Under the pieces are notes generated by a model that did not search any database, had not been told where the DNA came from, and saw only the letters and a list, made by a program, of their open reading frames with translations. From the NCBI GenBank assembly GCA_001600815.1, contig BCKZ01000004.1, positions 1,267,566 through 1,331,565 of the forward strand: a DNA stretch of 64,000 bases, in the 5' to 3' direction. Below are positions 1 through 14,626 of the stretch, one piece after another; positions within the stretch are counted from its first letter, which is position 1; each line of letters opens with the position of its first letter. Source of the DNA: Alloascoidea hylecoeti. Taxonomy: Eukaryota. A program made the translations under genes and the position numbers.

Positions 1-1573
1 ATCAACAATTTCTATTTAAATCAAAAAATAAAACAAAATTTAGAACAATATTTGAAAACACAACAACAAATTGATCTAGATCTTAAATCTTTATAATTAA
101 GTTTAAAACATATATATTAATGTTGATAAATTGATTATTTATAATTAGGAATTAATAAGTAGTAAAAATTATAAATGATCCGGATCCTGTAATGGCTGAA
201 CATTCATCTTTGATATTTTAACGTTAAATAGCTCATCAAACGTATACACAGAGGAAACTTTTCAAAATTGGATTTAATACCCTTCCAATAAACTTTCCAA
301 GCTTTTTAATTCGAGCATCAGCATGTGCTGTATACTAGAAGAGTAATTATTAGTAAGATATATATTTTTTAAAGTGAACTATGCCATTGAAAGGTTAATA
401 TTATGTCTATTTCCCCTAATTGAAAAAAAAAAAACCTATATTCCATATTTCAATGTTGGAATTTCTTTTTAGAATTATTAAAATTACTTAAAAAATCACT
501 CAATCAAAAGTTTATAATTAAAAAAAGATGGTAGTTTTTCCGGGCAGACGCCGACTATAAAATATAGTGTAACTTTAACCTACAACCCGGTAACGTTCTA
601 CTAATACATTTCTTAATTACCATTGTATTTTAAAAAAGAAGTTCCGATGTGTTTTGCTTGATGATTCAGCTAATGGAACCATTATTGACCTTAACGAGAA
701 TGAACCCCAACAATATATATGAATCTAAACCAATCAGTAATCATATCTTGTGAAGCCTTGTAATATGGTGCTACATGTAACTATAGCCGGCCATCTTTCT
801 TCATCATTTGCAAAATCTGTGTAACATTAATACATATAAATTATGTTATACAGCAATTCCACTAAATTTAAGCCACACGATTGACTAAATGTTAGGCCAT
901 GCTGATTACATTACCTTTACTCTCAATTGAACACTAAATTAAAGAAGATATAATTACACTCCATCAGATTGAGAAGATTTCAATATGCCTGATAATTGTG
1001 TTTAATAAACTTTTTTGTATATTTTTTTTTTAAAAAAAGTCAAGTAACTCTCTAGATCTGTAATACGTACTATTTTTTTATACGTTTTCTTTCCATGCCA
1101 TCAAACCAACCGAGGAATAGCCTCTAAATTAAAATATAATACATTTCTCTAAGTGGCCCAAGTCTAATAATCAATTTTTTCCCTATTGTAGGACCTAATA
1201 ATCGATTCATCCGGTGGGTATCTACCCACAACCTGTGTATATCCTTATTGACAAACCTGGTGTGTGCGGAAGGTCACTGGAGATCTCTTACCAAGGGTGG
1301 TCAGACTTAATAAAATACGAGAAAAATGAAGAGAAAAAAAGGACCTATTCATATGGGGAAAATACTAATTAACTAAATAGGCTTAAAAGCAGTACCATAT
1401 GTTTCTAACGGTTATACAGTCATGATTACCCTTAATAAGAATGGAAATGAAATTATTGTCTGGTGTATTGTAATATGTTCTATTGTCGTTTTCTTCTTAT
1501 TATACTTTCTGCTGCAAGATACAGGCTCTTTATTACTTTCTGATTATAGAAAAAAGAAGAGTGGATATTATTA

Positions 1574-2913
1574 TGATACAATAATTAGCAGATCCTGGTA
1601 AATCTAAAGACAAAACAGAAATCAGAGTCGTTGTTATAATATGGAAGAAATTTTATAAAAATTTACAACGCAGTTTTAAATGGTTGGAGTTTTGAATAAT
1701 AATTGCAAGAGATTTTACTTCTGACACTTTTTAAAAAATTCCTATCTAGCCAGAAACAGATATTTCAAAAAGATTAGTTAACAAATAAAATTCTCGATCA
1801 TTTAAGAGACAAAAACAAAGAACAATCTCCTTCATCATCTGAATGTAAATCAATATTATTATTAATACTGTGATTCTTGATAAACTACATGGTTGAAAAA
1901 TTCAAAACCTCGCCACGATGTACCATTTGATCATTCGCCAAGCCCTCCTTTCAATCCACTTCAAAAATATTATCTAGATAGGGCCAAGCTTTTGAAATGC
2001 TTTCTCTAAACACAACGGATTTTAATTTGTCAATGGGTGTCGTTTTAATGATTGATATCTTTTGCAGTCGGAAGAAAATCACAAAGAAAAAAGGAGATCG
2101 AAATCCTTAGGTACCGCTTCTGAGTCATCTGCTAACAACTGCAAGTTTGATTTTAATAAAGAGCTATCTAAAGGAATTTTCTTTGAAAATATTGTTTCTC
2201 CGAGAAAAGCCTGTATTACTTATTATATCAAAGCAATAATTCATAATAAAAATGTAATAACTTCAAATACAGTACTAAAAGCATTGCGCGAATTCAACCT
2301 TGCTAACAGACCTGTGGTTCGACTGATCCAGACATTGGATTCTAGAGATTGTCCTACCTCAGGTTGCGGACTTTGGCAGTCAACAACTTCTCATGCTGGG
2401 ACTGTAGAATCTACAAAATCTTATCCATTAAAGTTCATATACATGACCCACCATTTATTACCAAATTGAGAGCGTTCTTTACTTAGTAATCCGAACTAAA
2501 TCATCGAAAGAGGATTTGACAACCTTTAAGAAGAAGCTCTTTAAAATATATCTTGACAACTATACTAACAAGGAATATATTTGGAATGTCGTTGGTCACC
2601 CCATTATGACCAAAAAACGGGAGAGACCAAATTTGAACGATCTATTAATATTGAGTTACGCACAACCTCTAATTTAGTGCCAGATTTTGACGGTGTTCCC
2701 TTAGCAAGAACATATCATTTGGAATTTCGCTGTAGATATGAATCAGAGCCTAAGGAGCCATGGCTGGAAGCTTTGAGAAGAAAATTAGGCTTAGGATCAA
2801 TACAAATTTATATTCGCGATTCTAACGATGATAATAATATTGACCATCCTAATAACAGAATCAAAAAAGAAACTCAAAACTTCAGCATTAGATGGCTTTT
2901 GTTCACAAGCTAA
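1574..2913 (+). pseudogene. Degraded arrestin/Bul1-like gene
   Basis: Broken ORFs 2062-2469 (…ITYYIKAIIH…KALREF) and 2581-2913 (…LVPDFDGVPLARTYHLEF) resemble the ends of the N- and C-lobes of fungal arrestin/Bul1-like proteins; stops lie between them; 5' limit is approximate. Confidence 0.35.
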
Positions 2914-3628
2914 TGCTACTATCAGGACTAAAACATATATATTTTTTTAATATCCCTTTTAATATTACTATTTGTGTATCTGTGCGTAATCACCATCCCC
3001 AGTAATACCATCTATATTTAAAAAGAAGGGTTTTTATTAAGCTTTACGTTTTATCCCGACTGTATAGTATTTATAATATTAACGCCGAGATGAAATCCAT
3101 TCAATTCATTCGCTATTTCGTGTTTGAATGTATATATTTGTGCATGTATGTGTAAATCGAATTTGGCCGTGGAATAGCGAAAATTCAGAACTAGGGGTCA
3201 CAAGTGTAATTAGTTGGTTATGTCAAGGGGTAACTTAAACAGTCTGAGTTATTACCTTGTTGGTCTTGCTTATATACTCATAACAGGATAACTTTAGTTT
3301 GCTTTACAAGAAACTATTTCAAGACCAGTGGACCATAGAAATATCCGTTGTCTATAAGTTCTTTTTTCAAATAATTATTAATCACACACACACTTAACTG
3401 AACAACTACGAATGGCAGAACTGATTTGTTTGTCTAACTCTTGTTATAGCATATTGTAGGCAGTGAACACCATGAGTCTGTATATCTGTAGTGTTTTTCG
3501 GTCTTGAAAATGATATAGGACATATAGATGACTAAAGTTCTTTGTTTTGTTAATGGGAAATATATGTTGATTATCGTGACCGTGTGTCTACATATACATC
3601 TCTCAGGGATATTAATTGAATTCCCTAA

Positions 3629-5080
3629 TAGAAGGTAGGATGGCGATTCCAAATCACAAACTTCAGATTCTGGCCTGGTAATAACCTTTTTTTTTACATT
3701 TGTGCTGTAGTAACTTTACTACATCATTAATGTTATAAGAATATTGATGCATAATCAATTAATTGGTCATTAAAGTAGACCGTGCAATTGCAATAATTGT
3801 ACTTCATTTCAATCTATGTAAAGCCTCACTCTTTTTAATGCAAAATAACATTAATTATAACAAGATTATAAAAACCCTTGACTGGGTGGTTCATTGTCCC
3901 TTTTTTATATAATTAAATAAAGGAAGGACCGGTTTGTTAAATTTACAGCTAGATATTTTATCCTTTCTATAGGGTAAAATAACAAATTTACAATTCCACT
4001 TTCATTTCATAATTTTTGACCAAGGGGCACCTAATTTCGGCTCAAGTATCATCGTGCTGCCGAAACCCGAGTGTTTTAGTATAAAGTTCCGGTAAATAAG
4101 CTCTCATATGAATCGCATCATCAATAAAACACACTTTTGCTAGATAAGAATAACAGTAATATCTTGGGTGAATAGACTTGTTTAATTGACCTTTCCACCT
4201 AAATTGAGTGAGATATAACTTTGTGTGTCTGAGTTATTGACTATCAGAACTTACAAGTAATCTACATGTTGTTTTTATATTAACTTAATTAAAACGTAAA
4301 ACATTCTTTGTGAATTGAGTCTTCACAGCCACCCAGTTGTAAGAAATTTAGATATGGCGGGGTTTCACCTTTATCCAAACAACAACAATTTGGTTTTGTG
4401 ATGGAAGGAAGTAGATCTTCATCGATCCTACTATGATACTCATTATTATACATTCAAAGACCCAAATGGCATCTGTCACTGTGTGAGTTGAGTGTATTCC
4501 TTCTATTACGGGGCCGAAATTAAGTGAAATATGAACATATAAGCTCTTATTATCAAGAATTTTGAAATAAAAGTGGAATTGTGGTTATATCCAGAGAGGA
4601 TTAAGCTTATAAGGAAGGAGAGAACTAACCGGTTCCACGGCCGGATGAATTCAATAACCGATCCATTCTTAAAATAATTATGTAATAACTTTTAAATGAA
4701 ATATAAAAACGAGACAATGAGCCCTGCAGGTCAGGGTTTTTATATAATTGGTGTTATTTTGCATTATATAAATGAATATTATGAATTAATGATATAAGGC
4801 TTTTACATATGATAAAATGAAGTACAATTGCAATTGCCCCAAATATTAAAATTACATAGCCTGCTTTAGAGATCAATTAGTTGATACTTCTTTCCGTATA
4901 TGTTAATCTTGCATTAATATTCTTGTAATCATAAAAAGATGTCAATTGCAAGCTTATAACATTAATGATGTAGTAAGGTTACAGCAACGAAGATGTATAT
5001 AGTCACTGTTACCCCAACATCTGATGTTTGTAAATATATTTGTGGTATGGGGCCATGGCCAATAGCCGCCCTAACTTCTA
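3629..5080. repeat. Long degenerate inverted repeat (arms ~3629-4043 and ~4510-5080)
   Basis: Collinear reverse-complement matches: gtaactttactacatcattaatgttataa (~3710) vs ttataacattaatgatgtagtaaggttac (~4954); aatgcaaaataaca..aaaaaccc (~3837) vs gggttttt..tgttattttgcatt (~4735); caattccactttcatttc (~3991) vs gaaataaaagtggaattg (~4564); ctaatttcggc (~4031) vs gccgaaattaag (~4513). Confidence 0.8.
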
Positions 5081-8000
5081 CGATCGGGTCTCAAGGGGTT
5101 TCTAGTTAAGTTTATAATTATATGTTCAGGTAGGATTATGCAAGGAATATCTAAAGTAAATGTAAAGGACTTAAGCCAAAATATTAAATATGCACCACTC
5201 AACAATATTCAGACAGAAAGCTATCCCTATTAGGGGTATTCGATAGGGAATCTTACTTACTAATAACTATGATATTTTATATAGGTATGGTTTTCTGCTA
5301 ATCAACATATATATTTTTTGATTGGTTGATGCAACCCACGAGCCTCGCTTAAGTTCACAAAGACTTCAAATCAAACCTAACTATAGCTATATATATAATA
5401 TTAGATAATTTATATATCAAGATTTATTGCCCCGAATGCAAGTGTGAAAGATTTAAGTGGCAAATGTGGCAGAGCCATCCTATTTTAGAAATTATAATAA
5501 CAAATTTATACAATAATTGAAAAGCTTCAAAATTTCGAGCTGTATAAAACTAATATTTTACATAGCCCATTCATAATGTAAATCTTATGGAATTGACTCG
5601 TATTTAACTTTAAATTAACGAAAGATGGCTTCTGCAAAGTATCAATCAATATGTGTAGATTTTTAAAATTAGAATTGGATTCCCGTGGTTCTGACATTTA
5701 ATAAGAACCTTATAAGAAATAAAACCCTATATTTTTCGATTTGATTCTATTTTATAGCGCTAGCATGTATTATTGCAATTAATCGCAACAATATCTATCA
5801 CAATTCCAATTCCCATGACAATAACGTACTTCATATACAATTTTTGAACATTAGAATTCTATATTTATTGTATAAGGTATATTATTGAATATTTCCGGAT
5901 ATATCATTTGATTTATTATAGTTTCGAGAACCTAAACTGTTTTTGTTATAGTTTGTTGAGAATCATATGTTTCTCTTATAGGTAACTAATGTATGTGTTA
6001 TGTGTCAGCATACATATGCATACCTATAGATCACCATATTCCCCAATATTAATTAGCATGTTGAGATAGATATATACAGTATTATACAGTGATATTCACT
6101 GATAATAAGAACCAAGATTGGAGAATCTAATTAAATATATATACGGTTGTGTGGGTATATTATTATTGCAATCCCAAGTGGCTAACAACATGAAACATAT
6201 AAGGCCTTATAATGCCACATGCATACGAAAGTCTATGCAAGGGTGAGTAAAGTATACAATATATGGAAGATAGACTCGTGGATAGTTAATACATATGGTT
6301 ACCCATATATGATTTTATATCTGACCTAGAGCTGTTTTAAGCCAATAACAGAATGTAAACTACAATACCCATTATTATATCCTAGTTAGAAGCAATTAAT
6401 ATTACAAGCGTGTCTTGTACAAAGTTGTATCGTATCTAAGGATATACCAACTTCGAGTTTTACTTACAATCTGGAATTTTTTATATGTTAATGTAAATCA
6501 AGTTTGTGTCGGTGAATATTCCATCATAGATATATATGACTTCCGGCGTTAAACAGGCTGTTCACATGTACACGTCTCCTAAATCTGATGATCAAAATAT
6601 TATTTTTAGTTAATAGATACTCAGTGTTATATGCCTATACATAACTAGATGTGAAAAGATATCAATATATATCTGCTATAGCCATGGATTTTATGATTCA
6701 AAGATATGAAATTATCCATGTAGAAAATTATATTGTATAAACGGTACGCCTATAGGAGTATTTATATCCGATCTGATGCACTTTCTGTATGGTTTATTGA
6801 ATTTTCTTCTCCTTTTCCAAATCCATATTTGAGTTGGATATTAAATTTGAATAAGAAAACAGTTAAATAAAAACATGTAATGTATGCACATAAGAGATAA
6901 TTTTTCCAGTTGACAGGTATATGAGTCTATATTCTCTCAAAGATTGTACTAGTATCCTAGTAATATGATCAATTATAAGTTATAGTATGACTCAGTATGA
7001 CTAGTATTGACTACATTTCAAAAAGATCTACTAATAGCTGTATAACACATATAACCTTATATACCTCATCTACGATTATTTATTGATAATATAAAATAGT
7101 GGTACCTACTACTTATAAATATTTTAGCTGGTAAGTTAAATGTGTATGTATGATATTTTATAACATCACATTCATAGATCACAATTAGCTGTCACTGCGG
7201 CTCCAGAAGTAATATATCTTCTTCCCCTTCTCTATAATTAATTATAACCATGATAATCAATATTATAAAGCTTATTTATGACATCACAGTAAAAATTTTC
7301 ATATTTACTGTCAAAAATAATTTACCCTCATTATTGCAATGGGTTGTAAAGTTGTCAAACTATAAAACGAATATGATACTTGGTTAACCTGGCGCTAAAT
7401 AGTTAACTTGTCAGTTTTCTATCAGGTTAATTCTTAATATCAAGGAATCATCAAACGTCTAGCTATGATGAATAGCGTCATAGCCATCTGATTTAAAATA
7501 TAAAATACTATAACTCCTATTTTTCATCATCATCAAATTTTTTTCTGATGACTTTGAATGAATGTATATAACGTTATGTATAAAGTTTATAAAATAAAGT
7601 TTCTTTATGGATGTTTCCATTATCGCAATTAATCGGCCGAGAATTGTTAATCCTTCTCATGAGTTTGAAAATCCAATACTTTCTTTTACAAATCAGAGTA
7701 TCCGTTGACATTTACGAGATAGTACTCTTTTTTCATTGTTTCAATCTGAATGCCAATTCAGCTAGTTAACCTTGGTTACGGTATTAACTAGACCGAGTGC
7801 CGACGCTCACTACTACTCACCCAAAATAAAAACAATCGACTCCTGATCGAGGTCCTACGTTTAGGTTTGATGAACAAAAATACTTAAATCCTCTCTCTTG
7901 GGTGGTTGTGTTCCATGGGGCCAAATACAGCAACATTTGCAAGCTCCACTTAGATTATAAATGATTATCATATACTAGAACATACGATATACTGCAGCCG

Positions 8001-8787
8001 CACCATATAAAAGAACTTAAACTGCAGGTGCAGGCTTCCCTCCATTATAATCCTATCCCAACAGACTTAACCCCATATTTTAAGGTTCATTTCAAGCTTG
8101 ATATATCCTAATTATCCAAAAGGAGCACATCATTTTTTAATGCTGAATGTCTTATTTAAAATTCTAAAGAGAAAAAATATTGGAACTTACATCTGCATAG
8201 TCTAGGGGATACCGGAAGGTTATAATATCCGTGGTTTTATTACCGGATCACGTGCCAAAAGATAGCTGTTTCTGTTTGTTCTCCGGGGAGTGTGTTTTCT
8301 ACTGATTGGTGGAAGTAACGCTAAATGACACTCATAATTACTACTATTTTTAATTAATATTTATTCATGGAAAATTCTCTTATGTGGCTGTTACTTGATA
8401 TTCTGAGTCGAAGAACCAGAAATGGCTCAAATCGTATAAACATAAATATTATAAAAATACATAATTAAAGTTTATTCTATTTGGAGGCTTATAACTGTGA
8501 TCGGTTTTAAAGATTGAATCTCTTACTTTGATAATAATATTTAGAGATCCTATTACAATTAGTTACGCGGCTGAATCAAGCATAGAAACAACATTAATAA
8601 TGAAGTATAAAGTATATCAGCCTCTTCGTCGATTAATATTTGTATTATATAATATTATTACTAATGCAAAAGTGTAATACCCGCATAATCACCGGGTCCT
8701 TATACTTAGAAAATATAGTAATAATAGATTAATATTTAAAAGGACCAATTCCTACTTTTTTTCTGTTGTTAACAATATATTCCTAGA

Positions 8788-10930
8788 ATGGCTGAAAATC
8801 CATCCAGTAGCCCTTCTAGTGCACACAGCTCACCTGATAGTCGCATTGATATTCCACATCCCCAGTCTAATCATAATAGTCTCTCTTCTTTTCACTATGA
8901 ACAACCAGATTTAAGGAAAAGAAGAGTTGGGAAAGCATGCGATGCCTGTAGAATTAAAAAGACAAAGGTATTTATTATTATAATTTTTTATCATTCATAT
9001 TTTATTGATTTTGAGATTAACTTCAATTTCATCTTCATAGTGTGATGGACAATACCCATGCCAAAGGTGTCTCATAGATAATAAGCTATGTGCTTATTCT
9101 GATCGAAAAAAGTTAAAAGAAAAAGTTTATCCACCAGGCTATGTTCAATTATTAGAAACAAGACTTGATTTAATGACCAGAGCGATTACAAAATTAATTC
9201 AAATTAATATAAATAATGAAGAGATGTCATTTTTAAAAAAGAAAAGTCCTAAATGTTCAAATTTAAAGAAAAATGATGATGATAATAATAATATTAGTGG
9301 TACAAATTTTAGTGTTAATTGGGTGGTGGAACAATTAGTTACAGATTTTAAAAATGGTGTACCTCCTAAAGTTGAAACTCGTCTAGAAGATCTTAATAAA
9401 AATATTGAGTTTGAAAATAATGATGAAAAATCAAAAAATCTAAAAAATCTAAAAAATCTAACTCAAATTCAGAATGAAAACAAAATACACGAACATGATA
9501 GTGAAACAAAACTAACTTCTCCACAATCAAGTCCAACAATTAAAGTTAAGACTGAAATTGAAAATGAAAATGATATTGACTTAAATTCAGTTAAAAAACA
9601 TCGTAAAATAAATTTAAGGATACCACAACGAAATAATACAATTTCAGGTACTACGCGAACACAAGCAAGAGCACGTGCACGTGTACGATCACAGTCACAA
9701 ACACGAGCACGAGCTCAAACACAATCACGTTCACGAACTAGAGTATTTACTAGAACGCCTGCCGTTGAAGACCATGATATTAAAAAAGAAGCTGATATTG
9801 ATATGAAGAATGCAAAAGATGATCGTGACCGAGATAATGATGAAAATAAAATTCGAAAAAATAAAGAATCCCAACATTTACAGATGCAAAATGATAATAA
9901 TAATCCTATTAACATACCAAATGATAACCATGGTATATTTAATTCACAAAACTATTTTCATGAAAATTTTCCTGATTTTACAAATAAATTAGAAATGCAA
10001 ATGGATTTAAATCTTGGTCCTTATAATTCAGGAGCTGCAATAGCAACAGCTGCAATGAATGGTAATCTTTCAATGTCCGATTTTGAAAGTTCTGATATTC
10101 CATCACCAGTTTCCATGAATAGTCCTTATAGTGATAATGAATATACAAGAACACCTAATTTCTCTACCCATCATCATAATTTATCAATGAATTCCATAAA
10201 TGGTCATATGCATGCTGGAGGTTATGCACCTCCATCATCTTTACCACCCGAAACATCTCCATTAATGATTAATAATCAAAATATATCAAATGATGATGGT
10301 ATCAAAGGATTTATACATACAAATCGTATAACTACGCAATCCTCATTGTTTTCACCACGTAAAAATAACAGGTCTTCATCAAAAAATCGTTTAACACCTC
10401 GATCTAGAGCAACAACGACAAACAATTCTTTAAGACTTTCACAATATTCTTCTACATCATCACCAAATTTAAAATCATTACCATTACAAATACATCCGCA
10501 ATTAACGACAGAAACAATAAATACAAATTCTAATTATCAAACACTTATGTCTCCATCATATAATAATATATCAGTCCCAATGTCACCACATTCAACATTT
10601 GAATTAAACTGTGATTCTCCACTACTAACAACAACTGCCCCACCTGGATTATTTGAAATAAAAGGAGGCTCAAATTCTTTTATTGAAACATCACAAATCT
10701 TAAAAGATAATAACTTTGACCCTAGTTATAACAATATTGATTTAGATGAGTCTTGGATTAATGCAATTAATCAAACACAACATTTAGATGATCGATTTCA
10801 ATTATTACATTATTCTTCCAATTCAAATCAAAGTCCATTAATAGAATCAAATTTCATTGTAAATAGCGATTCTCATGATACTCATGATGAAAATACTATA
10901 CCTAATATTAAAATCACCAATCAGAATTAA
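8788..10930 (+). CDS. FCR1: Zn(II)2Cys6 transcription factor, Fcr1-like; exons 8788-8967 and 9041-10930 (~689 aa)
   Basis: Removing the 73-nt intron (GTATTT…ATTAAC…TAG) restores FHYEQPDLRKRRVGKACDACRIKKTK|CDGQYPCQRCLIDNKLC…YPPGYVQLLENRLD, a complete six-Cys cluster closely resembling the Candida Fcr1 N-terminus, followed by a long Asn/Ser-rich tail. Confidence 0.88.
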
Positions 10931-12282
10931 ATCAAAATTACAATTGAAATAGCAAAGGAAAAAAAAAATTATTTGTACATTTCTCTCGAGCACTCCTTTC
11001 TCTATTGTAATTATAATCAATTTTCAGGTACATTTAGAATTTGCTATATATATTTATTATTTATTATTATGTCGTTAATAATTATCAATAATTAACGTTG
11101 CTTTCATATATGTTTTATAATAGATTTGCATTATTATTGTTTTCTTCGTTCATCATATTCACCATATTTTTTTATTTATTTAAAATTTTTTATAATTAGA
11201 ATTGCAATCGTATATTACTTTTTTTTATTTTTATTTTTAAATATGATCATATATAATTATAATGATTTATTTATTGGCTTGTTAAATAAAGAAGAAAAAT
11301 CAGCAAATGTATTAATCAATTAAGTATTTCAAACTAATGATAACTAATTATTAAGCGCCATCATATGTTATAAAATCTATATTTTTGTAAAGTAGAAGTA
11401 CATATATAATTAAATTGAATTTATCAAATATTATAAGTCTCGTTTCCTTACTTTTGTGGTTTACTAATCAATTGATTTCAGTCGCATGCTGACTAAATAT
11501 TTGGTGATGTTAATTACTAATCTTCATCAATCACAAATTTTAATGCTGCACTTATTAATACAAGCTAATTGGCGATATCTCCCCCAACGCAATTGCGCGC
11601 GGAAACATCTCTTTCATCCTCGGAATATAATTTCTAGCCATATATCGATATTGTACTGGAAATTTATTACATTGAAAATTTGAAATTGTCATTTGACTTA
11701 TATATAGCTGTCTTCTGGGATGTTTGAAAAAACCTACAATTAGCTCACATCTGATAACTAATGTTAAATTTCTTCAGAGTGCGGGGAGAAATACAAACAT
11801 CAAATGAAAGAATTGATGGCCGATATATTAATAACTGTTACTAAATAGAACGGACAACATACAATTGTGCATTGTGATTACCAGAAAGGAGACCAATTGC
11901 TTAGTGCTACAGTGGGCGTTTTGTATCATTAATATATTTATGTCTAACTTTATCTCACATTAAAATTAGTGTTCACAAAGGATATAAATATACCTGAATA
12001 TAACGCCATATACACCAATGATGAATCCCATCTATTCCTCTGTCTGGAGTTTACAGTAGATCGGCAATCGTATGTAATTATATAACTCATCATTTGGTAG
12101 TCTATCTAATATATACTTTTTTTATCTATGTGGATGTCTGGATGTTCTAATTTTCACTTTTGAGTATCCGGAGGTTTCTAATTATATGTTCTGGGGTGTG
12201 GCCATGTTTTTGATATTTTTGATCATCATTCCTGCGGGCTGTCGCTAATGAACAAAATGTCCATTTTCTCATACAAACATGG

Positions 12283-12653
12283 ACATTTTCTTCCCCAATT
12301 TGTTTGGTACATGAACTTCTGAATTCCCACTTTTTTTACTTCTTGCTATTCTAGAGTCTAGATCTATAGCCAGAATATATTTAATTTTTTCTTTTGTTTT
12401 GATCTGAAAAAGGGAGTCAAAATTTAACATTTGTACTGTTTTTCCGATTCATTTAACGGGTATTTGAGAATATTTCTATCTCCCTAATTAAGATCTAAGA
12501 TAATTAACATCAATTTTATTTAAATTTGATCCTAATATTTGTAATTGAATTGGATTTCCTTCAAAATAAACCGATTCCTATAATTGACAAGTTTTACCTA
12601 ACTTTTTTTCAATATTATCAAAAAACATTCAATTTTGATAAATGTTGAATATT
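12283..12653 (-). pseudogene. Decayed duplicate of the SDS22 3' end and downstream flank
   Basis: 12471-12653 matches 20932-21175 with deletions (e.g. gtaattgaattggatttccttcaaaataaa is identical); 12283-12308 matches the SDS22 3' flank at ~20812. Confidence 0.85.
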
Positions 12654-13353
12654 ATCTTTCAACACAAATACATCCTGATAACGTTAACGTTATTTTACTA
12701 CCACTAATAATAATGCTAGATATAGCTCTCCTGTGACTAGATGATTTAAGTCTCAACCTTACAGAAAGAAGCAAGAACAGAAAATTAAAATACATTATTT
12801 ATCAAATACAATAGTTTTAAAAGTACTTTGATATGATTATGATTATTTATAAAAATTTCATCTATATAATATAGATAACGTCATGATTTGGTAATTGATA
12901 TGCGGGACCAGTATAATTATATGAATCTTCTGTAACTGTACCATAATTAAGGAAATTAATTCAAAATTGTTAAAATGATTAAGGTCACTGCATTCGGTGA
13001 TAAGGCAAAGAAATGTTATATATTATTTTCAAAGGTGGCGTAGATAATTATAACGAATCGGAAATTAATCCTATCATAAGTTATATCTTATAATATGGTT
13101 TTATTGGAAATTGAGAAGTGGTATGGGATTAACGGAAATAAACAGTACAATTAATCTGTTATATCCACCTTAATTAATATTATATTTACTGGATTGGGAT
13201 GATATTGCTAACAGTATACCGTATTTGTAATAACTTTCATTATAAACTACTTCTTTTCCAAATAAAAGATTATAGTGTTTAATGGAATACTAAAAACTAT
13301 CAAGGAATTTTCAATTATCAATTCAATTACATTAAACGAAACAAAACAATAAC

Positions 13354-14224
13354 AATGAATCAAGGATCGTTGTGGGATGTATCTCTGTTTGTGGTATCAA
13401 ATCATTAACTCATTGGGTTATCGAAGAAATATAATACTAAAAGATCGACCGTTGTTATTTTAACAAAAGTATTCTTTCTTTGTGATCCAGAAATCAAACA
13501 AGAACTATAAGATTCACTGCAAAAAAGTTAATTGGATGAGAAGTTCTTAAATCAATATGAATTATCAAGAAAAAATATTGATAAATCGGTTCAAAGATTA
13601 AGCGCCGGCTCTTATATCTACGTTCTTCAGATTCATAGGTTTCATCCTTCAATACCAAAAGAAGAAAAAATTCAAGCCCTCATTCATGTTGTTAAAAGTG
13701 GAAATGTTAGATATATTGGGGCTTCATCAATGTGAACGTATCAACTTGCTCAATTACAGTTCATTGTGGATGGACCATCTTAGACCGATGCAAAATTTAC
13801 ATAACATAACTTAGTAGATAGAGAACAAGAAAGAGAAATGGTTCCATTTCGTAGAGATACTGGTATTGGTATAATCCCTTGGTTTCCATTAGGAGGTGGT
13901 ATTTTAGCACTTCTGGTATCAGAGAAATTATCTTCCAAATGTGAGAGGTGGAAGTGAAGTGTCCTCACTCCTATACAGGGACGAATTAAAACTATTGGTA
14001 GAGCAGAAGAGATCTCCTAAAAGAGGAATTTACCGATGTCACAAATCGCCCTTGCATGGGTCATTTATAAGGGTGTTTCATCGATCGTTGGATTCAATGA
14101 AGAATCAAGAGTTGGTGATGCAGGTGATGCAGTTGATAGCTTGCTTAAACTACCAGATCCAGATGAAGAGGCTAAATATTTGAAAGAACCCTATGTTTCA
14201 TTGCCTCTGAAAGGGCTTGTGTGA
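13354..14224 (+). pseudogene. Aldo-keto reductase (aryl-alcohol dehydrogenase-like) pseudogene
   Basis: AKR motifs are spread over several frames: SRIVVGC, RSTVVILTKVFF, SVQRL…VLQIHRF, VKSGNVRYIGASSM then TGA, MQNLHNNLVDREQEREMVPF…GIGIIPWFPLGGGILA, MSQIALAWVI; it carries stops, frameshifts and deletions. Confidence 0.9.
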
Positions 14225-14626
14225 TTTATAGACTATAAGGCCAATAATAACTACAGTTGAATATCAATTATGCTAGCTTATAGCTATTATAATAAATTAT
14301 TATAATGCAAACATCTTTAACTTTTATATTCAAGTTTCGTATTTATAAACTAACAAAGACAAAAAGAGGAGTCAATTTCCAGTGAAACTAAGCAAACCCA
14401 AACAAGATTGAACAAAAACTCAAATAAATTTAAACGTATGAATAAACAAATGAACAGAACAATTGTATTATGAAAAAACAAATAACACAGCATCAAGAAG
14501 TGGGTGAAATAATAATAAAAAAAAAAAACTGTAACAAAAAAACTCAACAAACTATTATAATTATAACGTTTTAAATAATATCTTTTTCCTTTCAAACTTC
14601 TTGAAAGGTCATAACAACAAATATAT

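Noticed and set aside
1..420. Possible minus-strand exons at the window start (TACTAAT…TAG near 336-355)
   Set aside because: No consistent open spliced frame or recognisable product could be built.
5100..8700. Centromere or ncRNA in the long gene-free region
   Set aside because: No diagnostic elements visible; a long upstream region is normal for a regulatory transcription factor gene.
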